Shown: one piece after another, positions 1-9,019 of the stretch
Numbering within the stretch: position 1 is the stretch's first letter
How the letters are laid out: each line of letters begins with the position of its first letter
Origin: an uncultured Eubacteriales bacterium
GTDB taxonomy: Bacteria; Bacillota; Clostridia; Lachnospirales; Lachnospiraceae
DNA length: 64,000 bases
NCBI GenBank assembly: GCA_949283695.1
Contig: CASDTX010000035.1
Span: 11,296-75,295, forward strand
Reading direction: 5' to 3'
Translations under genes and position numbers: made by a program
Notes under the pieces: generated by a model
The model's input: only the letters and a program-made list of their open reading frames with translations
What the model was told of the DNA's origin: nothing
The model's database searches: none

Positions 1-71
1 TTTGCGAAAGAAAGCCGGATCCAAAATAGGAGCATTCTCTGGAGAGCGCCGGGGAGGAAAGGGAAAACAGG

Positions 72-1226
72 ATGAATGAAATTTTCAAAATCAAACAGGA
101 GTGCTGCGGCTGCAGAGCATGCGAGAACGCATGCCCACGCGGCTGTATCATGATGAAGCGTGATGCAGAAGGCTTTCTCTATCCTTCGGTGGATGAGAAA
201 AACTGTGTGAACTGCAAAATATGCCTCAGTGTCTGTCCGTTTCGGGCGGGCAGAAAGAAGGCGGATGTGATCAGCACTTATGCGGCTGCAGCACTGTCAG
301 ATGAAGAGCGGTTCAGAAGTTCGTCTGGGGCTGTCTTTTTCTTATTGGCACAGGAAATGATACAGCACGGCGGCATTGTGTACGGGACATCATTATCATC
401 AGACTGCAGGAAAGCATTTGTGACTTCAGCAGGGGATCTGCAGTCTTTGGACGCACTGCTGGGATCCAAATACGTTCAGAGTGATACGGGAATCAGTTAC
501 CGGGAAGTGAAGAAACATTTATTGTCAGGCCGCCAGATCTTATATTCCGGAACACCCTGCCAGATCGGAGGGCTGAAGAAATATCTGGGGAGAGACTACG
601 AGAATCTGCTCTGCGCGGACCTGATCTGCCATGGGGTTCCCTCCCCGGCTTTGTGGGAGAAATACGTCCGCTCTGCGGAGAAAAAGTATCATGGAACAGT
701 AACAAAGGTAAATTTCAGATGCAAAGATAAAGGATGGAAAAGCTTTGGCATAAAGGTGTCCGTGGGCAGGAAGGGAAGATACTTCCCCAAAGAAATAGAT
801 CCGTATATGCAGATGTTCCTTAAGAATGATTGCTTGCGGCCTTCTTGCTATGCCTGCAGGATCAAGGGGCACAGCGCCGCAGATATGACCCTGGGTGATT
901 TCTGGGGCGTGGAAGATGTTTCTCCTGAATTCAATGACGGCAAGGGAACTTCATTAGTGATACTGCGTACAGACAAGGGAAAACGGTGGTTTGATCAGAT
1001 CAGCGAATTCTGCAGAAGTCAGACATGCGATTATGAGAGGGCAATTAAGAAAAACAGGGCGGAACTGCATTCTGTTTCCGCTCCTCCGGAGAGAGAAACG
1101 CTTTTTGAAGATATGGATCAAATGACCTTTGATCAGCTATCAAAGAAATATTTAGAACCACAGTGGAAGAGAAAATTAAAAATGCTGCGAACCGTGTGCT
1201 TCCAAAGGCAGCACACGCTTTCCTAA
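72..1226 (+). CDS. 4Fe-4S dicluster + coenzyme F420 hydrogenase/dehydrogenase beta-subunit-like protein
   Basis: N-terminal CCGCRACENACP and CVNCKICLSVCP ferredoxin motifs; SSSGA, GSKYVQS, SGTPCQI, DLICHGVPS, LRPSCYAC and DMTLGDFWG motifs typical of the FrhB-like family, often found in polysaccharide loci. Confidence 0.85.
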   Translation: MNEIFKIKQECCGCRACENACPRGCIMMKRDAEGFLYPSVDEKNCVNCKICLSVCPFRAGRKKADVISTYAAAALSDEERFRSSSGAVFFLLAQEMIQHGGIVYGTSLSSDCRKAFVTSAGDLQSLDALLGSKYVQSDTGISYREVKKHLLSGRQILYSGTPCQIGGLKKYLGRDYENLLCADLICHGVPSPALWEKYVRSAEKKYHGTVTKVNFRCKDKGWKSFGIKVSVGRKGRYFPKEIDPYMQMFLKNDCLRPSCYACRIKGHSAADMTLGDFWGVEDVSPEFNDGKGTSLVILRTDKGKRWFDQISEFCRSQTCDYERAIKKNRAELHSVSAPPERETLFEDMDQMTFDQLSKKYLEPQWKRKLKMLRTVCFQRQHTLS

Positions 1227-1322
1227 AGAGGAGAAGCCCCGCCCGCCAAAGTGGACTTCTCCCGATATCGATACAGGACCCGCAGATGGAGACAGCAGTC
1301 AAAGCTGTTCCCCTGCGGGTCC

Positions 1323-1340
1323 CTGCCTGTCATCGGCAGG
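1323..1340 (+). repeat. 18-bp direct repeat, left copy (CTGCCTGTCATCGGCAGG)
   Basis: Identical to 8890-8907; forms a small hairpin (CTGCC/GGCAG). Confidence 0.9.
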
Positions 1341-1366
1341 ATGTGAAGAAGAATGCTTTTGAGCGT

Positions 1367-2047
1367 TCAGAATTTAGGCGAAACCTGCAGCAGATCTTTT
1401 TTTACATAATAGTCGATCATCTCTGTGTAGGAATAATTAATATGTGCTTCCAGTGTTTTACAGGCGGTTTCGATATCGTCATTTATTAATGCTTCTATGA
1501 TTTCCTTGTGTCCGGTTTTATCATTGGCATAATAGACAGGAACAATGGAAGAACGTATGAACAGAAAATGATCACTGTAGCTGTCGACCAGACTTGTCAC
1601 GTAATCATTATTCAGCGGCGCAATCAGTGAGCGATGGAAATAGTCGTCCAATTTTACATACTCTAATACGATTTTAGAATCCGTCAGAATGTTCCTGGAC
1701 TGGTATTCATAAAAGCGATCCAACATTTCTCTGAGCCATTCCTTACTGAGATTGGGCGCCGAATATTTTAAGGCGTTAGGTTCAAACATCAGACGAACCT
1801 GAAAAATATCATGGATCATCTTCACGGTGATAGGAGCGACTTCGATCCCTTTTCGCGGATGGATGATAATCAGCTTTTTATTCGCAAGCCGTAAGATCGC
1901 TTCCCGGATCGGAGTGCGTCCAAGATTCAGCCGCTGCTGCAGAGAGTTTTCTGTGATCAGTTCCTGGGGCTTTAACTGTCCGGTCAGGATCAGTTCCCGT
2001 ATCTCTGTATAGGCAAGATCAGTTAAAGTTTCATTCTTTTTATTCAT
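1367..2047 (-). CDS. GntR (FadR/FCD subfamily) transcriptional regulator
   Basis: N-terminal wHTH 'AYTEIRELILTGQLKP...LNLGRTPIREAILRL' and C-terminal FCD 'DDYFH...HKEIIEAL...H'; divergent from the downstream operon. Confidence 0.92.
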   Translation of the reverse strand: MNKKNETLTDLAYTEIRELILTGQLKPQELITENSLQQRLNLGRTPIREAILRLANKKLIIIHPRKGIEVAPITVKMIHDIFQVRLMFEPNALKYSAPNLSKEWLREMLDRFYEYQSRNILTDSKIVLEYVKLDDYFHRSLIAPLNNDYVTSLVDSYSDHFLFIRSSIVPVYYANDKTGHKEIIEALINDDIETACKTLEAHINYSYTEMIDYYVKKDLLQVSPKF

Positions 2048-2226
2048 GGCTAATTCGTTCCTTCCTTTTCATAAATGTGTCAGCTGCCGTCTGTATTGCC
2101 TGCCGTACATCGACACTGTATGTGATAAAAATAGCTGGTTCAGGTAAATGTTGGATGGTGATATATCTATAATATACCAAAAAAGATAAAAATGAGAAAT
2201 AATTTTGTCGAAATAATCAAAAAATG

Positions 2227-2294
2227 TTGACATTATGTCACACCATATGATATATAGGTCAAAAGATATATTTGTGATATATTACAAATATATC
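2227..2294 (+). promoter_or_regulatory. Sigma-A promoter of the cupin operon with a palindromic operator (probable GntR site)
   Basis: TTGACA at 2227-2232 and extended TG-a-TATATA at 2248-2256; inverted repeat GATATATTTGT-N8-ACAAATATATC at 2265-2294; TGACA-tta-TGTCA overlaps the -35. Confidence 0.65.
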
Positions 2295-2349
2295 AATAGG
2301 CAGAGCGCGATGCAGAAACGGTAAAGCAAACATAAAGGAGGATCATGCT

Positions 2350-3087
2350 ATGAGCAAAATAGACTATATGAAGTCGGCAGATTTGGAAAAGAATTTTGTA
2401 AATGGCCTGTCGCGGTCAGAGCTTCTTCCGGATACATTTGATGAAGTAAAGATCTATAAGTGTGCGTTAAAAGCAGGAGAAGTTTTCGATGTGAAGCTGT
2501 ATTCCCAGACAGATAAGATGCAGCTGTTCTTTTTCCTGAATGCCGGCGGATATATAGCACTTCCAAAACAGGCATTCAACATTACTGGGAAAGCAGTGTT
2601 CGTTCCTAATTTTGACAAGGAGAAGGTAGAATTTCACGCGGGGAATGAAGATTTAGAATTCCTCCACTTTATCGGCGAAATATCCGAGTATGACAAGATG
2701 CGGCTTGCAAACATCCACATTGTTCTTCCGAGATTCCGGCTGCTGGACGACGCATGGGAATATACAGAAGGATTTACAGGGGATGCAGGGTCAAATGTGA
2801 AATCCCATATGGTGATCGAGCATAGATTTTTAGGACGCTATAGTATGGGATGGAACTGCGGAAAAGGACCTACGTTTATCGGCGAGCATAAGCATCCGGA
2901 TCTGGAGCAGTGGTATTACATATTCCAGGGGTCTGAGTTTACTTATTTTGCAGGAGACGAAGAGATCCGCGTGGAAGGCGGTGATATCACGCATATCGGC
3001 ATGGATGTACCGCACGGGAGCAAAGCGAACGAAGACCAGTATCTGAATTATATTTGGTTTGAACTTGCGACAGATGGGTATAAATAG
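2350..3087 (+). CDS. Cupin-domain protein (bicupin-like, paralog 1)
   Basis: AAGGAGG RBS; C-terminal cupin metal motif 'GEHKHPDLEQWYY...VPHGS'. Confidence 0.8.
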   Translation: MSKIDYMKSADLEKNFVNGLSRSELLPDTFDEVKIYKCALKAGEVFDVKLYSQTDKMQLFFFLNAGGYIALPKQAFNITGKAVFVPNFDKEKVEFHAGNEDLEFLHFIGEISEYDKMRLANIHIVLPRFRLLDDAWEYTEGFTGDAGSNVKSHMVIEHRFLGRYSMGWNCGKGPTFIGEHKHPDLEQWYYIFQGSEFTYFAGDEEIRVEGGDITHIGMDVPHGSKANEDQYLNYIWFELATDGYK

Positions 3088-3131
3088 GATACAGATGGAT
3101 GTTTGCTTTTGAGTAAAGAAGGTGGTAAAAA

Positions 3132-3854
3132 ATGCTGGAGATTAAGGACCTGAAGAAGAATTTCGGAAAAAACGAGGTTTTGAAAGGCATTGATATTAAC
3201 GTAGAGAAAGGGGAAGTGGTCGTGATTATCGGGGCCAGCGGCTCTGGAAAGAGCACGCTGCTCAGATGTATTAATTCTCTGGAACAAGTTACTTCAGGCC
3301 AGATCATTTATGACGGCACAGAGATATCCGGAAATTCAAAAGCTGCCCAGGAACAGAAGAAAAAGATCGGGATGGTATTTCAGCATTTTAATCTCTTCCC
3401 CCATTTGACTGTCCTTGAGAATATCAGCATAGCGCCGAGGAAGGTGAAAAATATTCCGAAAGAGCAGGCAGAAGCAAAAGCGCTGGAACTGTTGAAGATG
3501 GTTGGGCTGGAAGAGAAGCAAAAGCAATATCCGGGACAGCTCTCCGGAGGGCAGAGTCAGCGTGTCGCCATTGCCAGAGCTCTTGCAATGGAACCCAGCA
3601 TCATGCTCTTTGATGAGGCTACATCAGCGCTGGATCCGGAAATGGTCGGCGAAGTGCTGGATATTATGAAGGATCTGGCCAGAAGAGGGATGACGATGCT
3701 TGTTGTTACGCATGAGATGGGATTTGCAAGAGAGGTGAGCGACAGAGTGATCTTCATGGATGATGGATATATCTGTGAAGAGAATACACCGGGAGAAATA
3801 TTCGACAATCCCCAGAATCCGAGAACAAAAGAGTTTTTAAGCAAAGTTTTATAG
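3132..3854 (+). CDS. Polar amino-acid ABC transporter ATP-binding protein (GlnQ family)
   Basis: Walker [14 protein letters not shown] signature, Walker B MLFDE, '[12 protein letters not shown]'. Confidence 0.95.
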   Translation: MLEIKDLKKNFGKNEVLKGIDINVEKGEVVVIIGASGSGKSTLLRCINSLEQVTSGQIIYDGTEISGNSKAAQEQKKKIGMVFQHFNLFPHLTVLENISIAPRKVKNIPKEQAEAKALELLKMVGLEEKQKQYPGQLSGGQSQRVAIARALAMEPSIMLFDEATSALDPEMVGEVLDIMKDLARRGMTMLVVTHEMGFAREVSDRVIFMDDGYICEENTPGEIFDNPQNPRTKEFLSKVL

Positions 3855-3863
3855 GAGCGTGTC

Positions 3864-4604
3864 ATGGAAGCAGTCAAAATCGCAAGAGAGAAAGACATCG
3901 AATACGTATATGATGAAAACGGGCTTGCCAGGATTCCTGTTCTGCAAGGGGAATACGAAGGAGCTGCATTTGAGAGAATCGGGTTAAAGGCAGGTTCTGT
4001 GTGGAAACCAGAAGGGTACCGGTTTGGAGATAAGATGCAGTTTTTTATCTTCAGCAGAGGCACCGGTTATATTACAACACCTGAGAAAGCCTATAACATT
4101 GACGAGATTTCCATATTTATTCCCAGATTCGATGAGGAGACCTTTGCAGTTACAGCAGCATCTAATCTGTATATGCTGCATATCATTGCCGAGTTTGCCG
4201 ATTATGACAGGAGGTATATGGCTGAGCGGCGTATTACGCTCCCCAGATTCAGGAAGACTTCAGAAGCGTGGACATACTGGGAGAATTTTAAGAACGAGGG
4301 AGTCGTCTCGAGAATGTTTATAGAACACCGTCAGCTGGGCAGATTCAGTATGGGCATCGTGACGGGAAAAGGACCGGATCTTGTCGGAGAACACGTCCAT
4401 CATGAACTGGAACAATGGTACTATTTTCTTCCGGGCGCAAAGGTTACTTATTATGCAGGCGGAGAGAGCCTGGAGGCAGCAGAGGGAGACGTGACTTATA
4501 CAAGAAGAGGAATCCCGCATGGGAGCAGGGCTGAAGAGGGAGAAGCATTTGACTATATCTGGTTTGAGATCGCACATGACGGGTATCCGGGAACAATCAG
4601 CTGA
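3864..4604 (+). CDS. Cupin-domain protein (bicupin-like, paralog 2)
   Basis: 'GEHVHHELEQWYY...IPHGS...YIWFE'; colinear with 2350..3087 over its whole length (DKMQ.F, LPRFR, IEHR.LGR.SMG). Confidence 0.8.
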   Translation: MEAVKIAREKDIEYVYDENGLARIPVLQGEYEGAAFERIGLKAGSVWKPEGYRFGDKMQFFIFSRGTGYITTPEKAYNIDEISIFIPRFDEETFAVTAASNLYMLHIIAEFADYDRRYMAERRITLPRFRKTSEAWTYWENFKNEGVVSRMFIEHRQLGRFSMGIVTGKGPDLVGEHVHHELEQWYYFLPGAKVTYYAGGESLEAAEGDVTYTRRGIPHGSRAEEGEAFDYIWFEIAHDGYPGTIS

Positions 4605-4608
4605 GAAG

Positions 4609-5430
4609 ATGAAATTGGAACTGGCATTATCAAATGTCTGTTTTCAAAATGTTTCTTTTGCGGCGTTTCTCAGTACGGCATCCAGGATCGGCATACGCAA
4701 AATTCTGTACTGGGCAGGCGTGCCTCATCTCTATATCGACAGCGGATGCAGAGAGAGCGCAGAAGAACACAGAGAACAGATGCGGCATTATGAAATGATC
4801 CCCTGGATGTTCATCCCGCGGCCGTATTATTACAGAATCAGCGCGTCACAATGGGCGGCGGGCAGAGGACGGTGTATGGATTATTACAGTCAATGTCTGG
4901 ATTCCGCTGCGGAGCTGGGCAGTGAAAGAATCTATCTCTGGCTGAATACGCAGAAACTGGAAAGGGGGAATGAGAACGTTTTTGATGAAGCAGTTGCATT
5001 CGCGGCAGAATTCATCAGACGGGCAGAAGAGAAAAAAATGATTCCCGTGCTGGGGACAAACACCATGGGAACGCCGGCGTTAATTAAAAATAGGGCCGGG
5101 TTTGAAGCGTTCTTGGAACAGATCGGTACAGAGAACTATGAAATCGCGCTTGATTTGGCAGGAATCATACGAAGCGGAGAAACCCTGGAGGAGTGGATGG
5201 AGTCCTATGGAGACAGAGTAAGCATGATCTTCTTTAATGACTGCAACAGGAATCAAGTGAAATGCTGGCCATATGGAACATGCAATATCAAGAAATATTT
5301 GGGAGTACTCAGACAGTGTCAATATCAGGGAATACTCGGAGAATTCCTGCTGAATGAAGAATATTTCGCAAATCCGGAAGTATGGGCGGAGGAGAATGCA
5401 TCGTACATTCTGGAATGTCTGAAAAAGTGA
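4609..5430 (+). CDS. Sugar-phosphate isomerase/epimerase (AP-endonuclease-2 TIM barrel), FrlC-like, apparently degenerate active site
   Basis: 'WAGVPHLY', 'CLDSAAELGS', 'YQGILGE'; resembles 7085..7915; start taken at ATG 4609, just after the cupin stop. Confidence 0.65.
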   Translation: MKLELALSNVCFQNVSFAAFLSTASRIGIRKILYWAGVPHLYIDSGCRESAEEHREQMRHYEMIPWMFIPRPYYYRISASQWAAGRGRCMDYYSQCLDSAAELGSERIYLWLNTQKLERGNENVFDEAVAFAAEFIRRAEEKKMIPVLGTNTMGTPALIKNRAGFEAFLEQIGTENYEIALDLAGIIRSGETLEEWMESYGDRVSMIFFNDCNRNQVKCWPYGTCNIKKYLGVLRQCQYQGILGEFLLNEEYFANPEVWAEENASYILECLKK

Positions 5431-5456
5431 CCAGAAAGGTCAGAAGGAGGAGCCGT

Positions 5457-6368
5457 ATGAGAAAAATGAAAAAATTTGTCAGTTGTCTTTTAGCAGGTAT
5501 CGTTATCACAAGTCTGGCGGCATGTGGAAACAGTGATCAGGATCCCGGTACGGCAGAAGAAGGAAATGGAGACGGAAACGAGCAGACGTCGGAAGAAGAC
5601 AGCTCATGGGCGGATGTGGAAAGCGCAGGAGTCCTGCGGATCGGATGTGAAGGAAACTGGAAACCGTTTATCTACAATGATGAAGATGATAAGCTGGTGG
5701 GATCAGAAGTGGAGATTGCAAATGAGATGGCGGCGAGGATGGGACTTGAGACGGAATGGGATGTCGCATCGGAGTGGACCGGAGTCGTGGCAGGTCTTGA
5801 TGCTGACAGGTATGACTGCATTTTTGAGGCAATCCCGCCTGCAAGTTATGAGGGCGAAGCATACGATAATAAATATCTGTGCAGTATCCCTTATGGGGAG
5901 AAAACACAGGTTCTTGTAGTGAATGAGGATTCAGATATTGAGTCCTGGGAAGACCTGGACGGAAAAGTCTGCGGGAATTCACTGTCCAGTTCGTCCGGCA
6001 AGATTGCAGAATCATATGGTGCGACACTGACGGAGATGAGTTTGACGGATTCAATGCAGCTATTAAGCGAAGCAAGAGGAATCGATGCCACAGTAAATGC
6101 CTTGATCTCTATCAATGATTATCTGGCTCAGAAACCGGATACAAAAGTGAAGATCGCAGCTTATTATGAGCCGGATGATCCGCGGGCAACCTATATGACA
6201 GTGCTGTTCCGGGCTGAGGATCAAACGCTCAGAGAGAAAGCAAATGAGGCTTTACAGTCCATGCTCGATGACGGTACGATCTATGAGATTATGGTGAAAT
6301 ATTTTACTGAGGATGTGGCAGATGTAATGTCTGTATTTGTGGAGCACCCGGAGTACAAAGGACAGTAA
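5457..6368 (+). CDS. Amino-acid ABC transporter substrate-binding lipoprotein (family 3)
   Basis: GGAGG RBS; lipobox 'LAAC'; 'GVLRIGCEGNWKPF...GLDADRYD'. Confidence 0.9.
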   Translation: MRKMKKFVSCLLAGIVITSLAACGNSDQDPGTAEEGNGDGNEQTSEEDSSWADVESAGVLRIGCEGNWKPFIYNDEDDKLVGSEVEIANEMAARMGLETEWDVASEWTGVVAGLDADRYDCIFEAIPPASYEGEAYDNKYLCSIPYGEKTQVLVVNEDSDIESWEDLDGKVCGNSLSSSSGKIAESYGATLTEMSLTDSMQLLSEARGIDATVNALISINDYLAQKPDTKVKIAAYYEPDDPRATYMTVLFRAEDQTLREKANEALQSMLDDGTIYEIMVKYFTEDVADVMSVFVEHPEYKGQ

Positions 6369-6386
6369 CCAAAGGGATGTGAGTGC

Positions 6387-7073
6387 ATGAGAATTATTAA
6401 CATTATGGTGGAGTCTTTCTGGCCGCTGATGAAAGCCGGACTGACGGTTACGATACCGCTGACGATCGTATCTTTTATCTGCGGTCTTCTGCTGGCGATC
6501 ATCGTAGCAGTGATGAGAATTTCAAGATTTCGGGTGCTCAGAGGGATTGCCATCTTCTATGTCTGGCTGATACGCGGAACCCCGCTGCTTGTTCAGCTGT
6601 ACATTATCTATTATGGCCTTCCGAATATAGGCATTGTATTTTCCCCGTTCCTTTCCGGCGTAATCGGTCTGACAATGAGTCAGGGCGCATATAACTCCGA
6701 GATTATCAGAGCAGTTATTGAGTCCATATCAAGGGGACAGTGGGAGGCATGCAGGGCGCTGGGAATGAGCAGGTTCTGTACGATGTACTATATCGTGTTC
6801 CCCCAGGCTTTTCGCGTAGCACTTCCCTCCTTGGGAAACCAGTTTATCACGCTGACGAAAGATACGTCTCTTACATCCGCTCTCACACTGATTGAACTGC
6901 TTCAGACAGGACGCAAGATCATTGTTAATACGCTGGAACCTTTATGGGTGTACTGCGAAGTTGCATTTGTCTATTTGATCTATTGCAGTGTGCTGATGGT
7001 GATTCAGAGGAAACTGGAACAGAAGTTTGGGAAACACATTCTGGCGCAGCAGAAGACAAGCAAGGAAGGATAG
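6387..7073 (+). CDS. Amino-acid ABC transporter permease (HisM/GlnP family)
   Basis: 'IRGTPLLVQL', 'AYNSEIIR..I.SI.RGQWEA', 'KDTSL'. Confidence 0.95.
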   Translation: MRIINIMVESFWPLMKAGLTVTIPLTIVSFICGLLLAIIVAVMRISRFRVLRGIAIFYVWLIRGTPLLVQLYIIYYGLPNIGIVFSPFLSGVIGLTMSQGAYNSEIIRAVIESISRGQWEACRALGMSRFCTMYYIVFPQAFRVALPSLGNQFITLTKDTSLTSALTLIELLQTGRKIIVNTLEPLWVYCEVAFVYLIYCSVLMVIQRKLEQKFGKHILAQQKTSKEG

Positions 7074-7084
7074 AACGGCAGAAC

Positions 7085-7915
7085 ATGATTTTAAGGAAGC
7101 AGATCGCAGGGATGAATCAGCATTATCAGAATTATTCTCTCGAGTATTTCTTTGAATCTCAAAAGAGAGCCGGAATAGAAAGCGTAGAACTCTGGATGGG
7201 CTACCCTCATATATGGGTGGGAAAAGAACTGTATCCAGAGTGCAGGAAGATTGAGAAAATGGCGCATACCCGGGGCATCGGCATTGTTTCAGCTACGATC
7301 CCGAGTATGGCTTATCAGTATCAATATGCCCCGGAGAATAAAATGCAGCGTGAAAAAGGCAGAGAATATTTTCAGGATGGGATTCGCGCTGCGGAATCTC
7401 TGGGGTGCAGGATCGTTTCGGTAAACTCCGGTTGGGGAAGAAACGACCGGGACCGGGAAGAATCCCTGAAAATATGCATTGATTTTCTGAGAGAGGCTGC
7501 GGAATTTGCAGCCTTGCATCATATTACGCTTGTGATGGAATCCCTGAAAAAATCAGAAAGCAATCTTGGCGTGACCGCCGAACAGATAAAGGAGATTTGG
7601 GAGAGAATCGGTCATCCGAATTTAAAAATCATGATTGATACAATTGCAGTGTGGGACAGCGGAGAATCCGTTCAGGAGTGGTTTGACATTTTCGGAGATG
7701 AGATACAGCATATGCATTTCCTGGATGGAAGCCCTGATTTTCACAATCCCTGGGGATGGGGGAACCGATCCTTATACAGGGAACTGGAATGCCTGGAGAA
7801 AAATAATTACAGAGGCTATCTGGTTCAGGAGATTGTAGGGGAGCGGTACTGTGCAGATCCCCGTAAAGTGGACATGGAATATATGCAGTATTTCTCCCAG
7901 TTTATTCATGATTAG
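7085..7915 (+). CDS. Sugar-phosphate isomerase/epimerase, fructoselysine 3-epimerase (FrlC)-like
   Basis: 'VELWMGYPH', 'LVMESL...ESN', 'IMIDT', 'HMHFLD', 'YRGYLVQE': the E/D/H/E metal set of the xylose-isomerase-like TIM barrel. Confidence 0.75.
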   Translation: MILRKQIAGMNQHYQNYSLEYFFESQKRAGIESVELWMGYPHIWVGKELYPECRKIEKMAHTRGIGIVSATIPSMAYQYQYAPENKMQREKGREYFQDGIRAAESLGCRIVSVNSGWGRNDRDREESLKICIDFLREAAEFAALHHITLVMESLKKSESNLGVTAEQIKEIWERIGHPNLKIMIDTIAVWDSGESVQEWFDIFGDEIQHMHFLDGSPDFHNPWGWGNRSLYRELECLEKNNYRGYLVQEIVGERYCADPRKVDMEYMQYFSQFIHD

Positions 7916-7976
7916 GCAGCAGTGTACAGGAACGCGAGGTTAAGATTATGGCCGGAGGGGAAGGAGAGAGGGAACG

Positions 7977-8885
7977 ATGCTGATCCGCCAAATGGCAATG
8001 ATGTTTTGTCTGATGCTCATCGGGTACGGAGCCCGGAAGAGAAATAAATTATCGCAGGAAACATGCAGCCAGATGTCCTGGATTGTCATTAACATCGCGA
8101 ATCCGGCATTGATTCTCAACAGCGGCATGGATCCGGGAACAGATATGGCGGGAAAGGAATTGCTCACAGTGGTGGGCATTTCTGCAGTGATGTATCTGTT
8201 TCTGATTCTATGTGGAGTCCTCCTTCCGAGAGTCCTTCGGATCCCGGCTGCCGAGCGGGGAATCTACAATGTCATGACTGTATTTTCCAATGTGGGATTC
8301 ATGGGAATCCCGGTCGTATCGGCTGTATTTGGAAGCAAAGGGGTCTTGTATACTTCATTTTTTAATATTTTTTACAGTATTTTGCTTTATACATACGGAG
8401 TCAGGTGTTTTGAAGGGAGCAGAGGGAAGGACGGGTGGAAAGAATCGGTCTTCAATATCGGCGTCATTTCAAGTATCCTTGGCCTGCTGATCTATCTGCT
8501 CCGTGTTCCTTGCGGCAGTCTGCTCCCTGAATTTACGGCTATGCTGGGATCGCTGACAGCACCGCTGAGTATGCTGATCGTGGGCGCGTTTATCGCGGAT
8601 GTGAGATTTGGAGAGATACTCAGAGATCGAAAAGTGATCATTTACCTGGTATTTCGAATGTTTCTGATCCCGGTGATCGGGAGTGCTTTTACGGTTCTGT
8701 TGATTGAAGAGAAACTGATGCGGGGCGTCTGCATCATAATGCTGTCAGTTCCGGTAGGGAGCATGGTTGCCATGTTCGCGCGCCAGTATCATAAATACTA
8801 CGAAGAAACAGCGGCTATTGTGGGGATCACAAGCATGATCTCTTTGGTCAGTATTCCACTGATGTTAAACCTGTTTCTCGGATAA
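7977..8885 (+). CDS. AEC (auxin efflux carrier) family transporter
   Basis: Multiple hydrophobic segments; 'FSNVGFMGIPV', 'PLSMLIVG'. Confidence 0.9.
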   Translation: MLIRQMAMMFCLMLIGYGARKRNKLSQETCSQMSWIVINIANPALILNSGMDPGTDMAGKELLTVVGISAVMYLFLILCGVLLPRVLRIPAAERGIYNVMTVFSNVGFMGIPVVSAVFGSKGVLYTSFFNIFYSILLYTYGVRCFEGSRGKDGWKESVFNIGVISSILGLLIYLLRVPCGSLLPEFTAMLGSLTAPLSMLIVGAFIADVRFGEILRDRKVIIYLVFRMFLIPVIGSAFTVLLIEEKLMRGVCIIMLSVPVGSMVAMFARQYHKYYEETAAIVGITSMISLVSIPLMLNLFLG

Positions 8886-8913
8886 AGCTCTGCCTGTCAT
8901 CGGCAGGGCTTTT
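8884..8913 (+). terminator. Intrinsic terminator containing the right copy of the 18-bp direct repeat (8890-8907)
   Basis: AAAGCTCTGCC-tgtcatc-GGCAGGGCTTTT. Confidence 0.8.
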
Positions 8914-9019
8914 CTATGTCCGGCCGCGGTTGCCATTCTCCGGAAAGACAGATATAATAGAAAAGGCTGCGGGACCAGGCCCGCACTTTACATCCAGGAA
9001 AGAGGTGCATGGCAGGACA

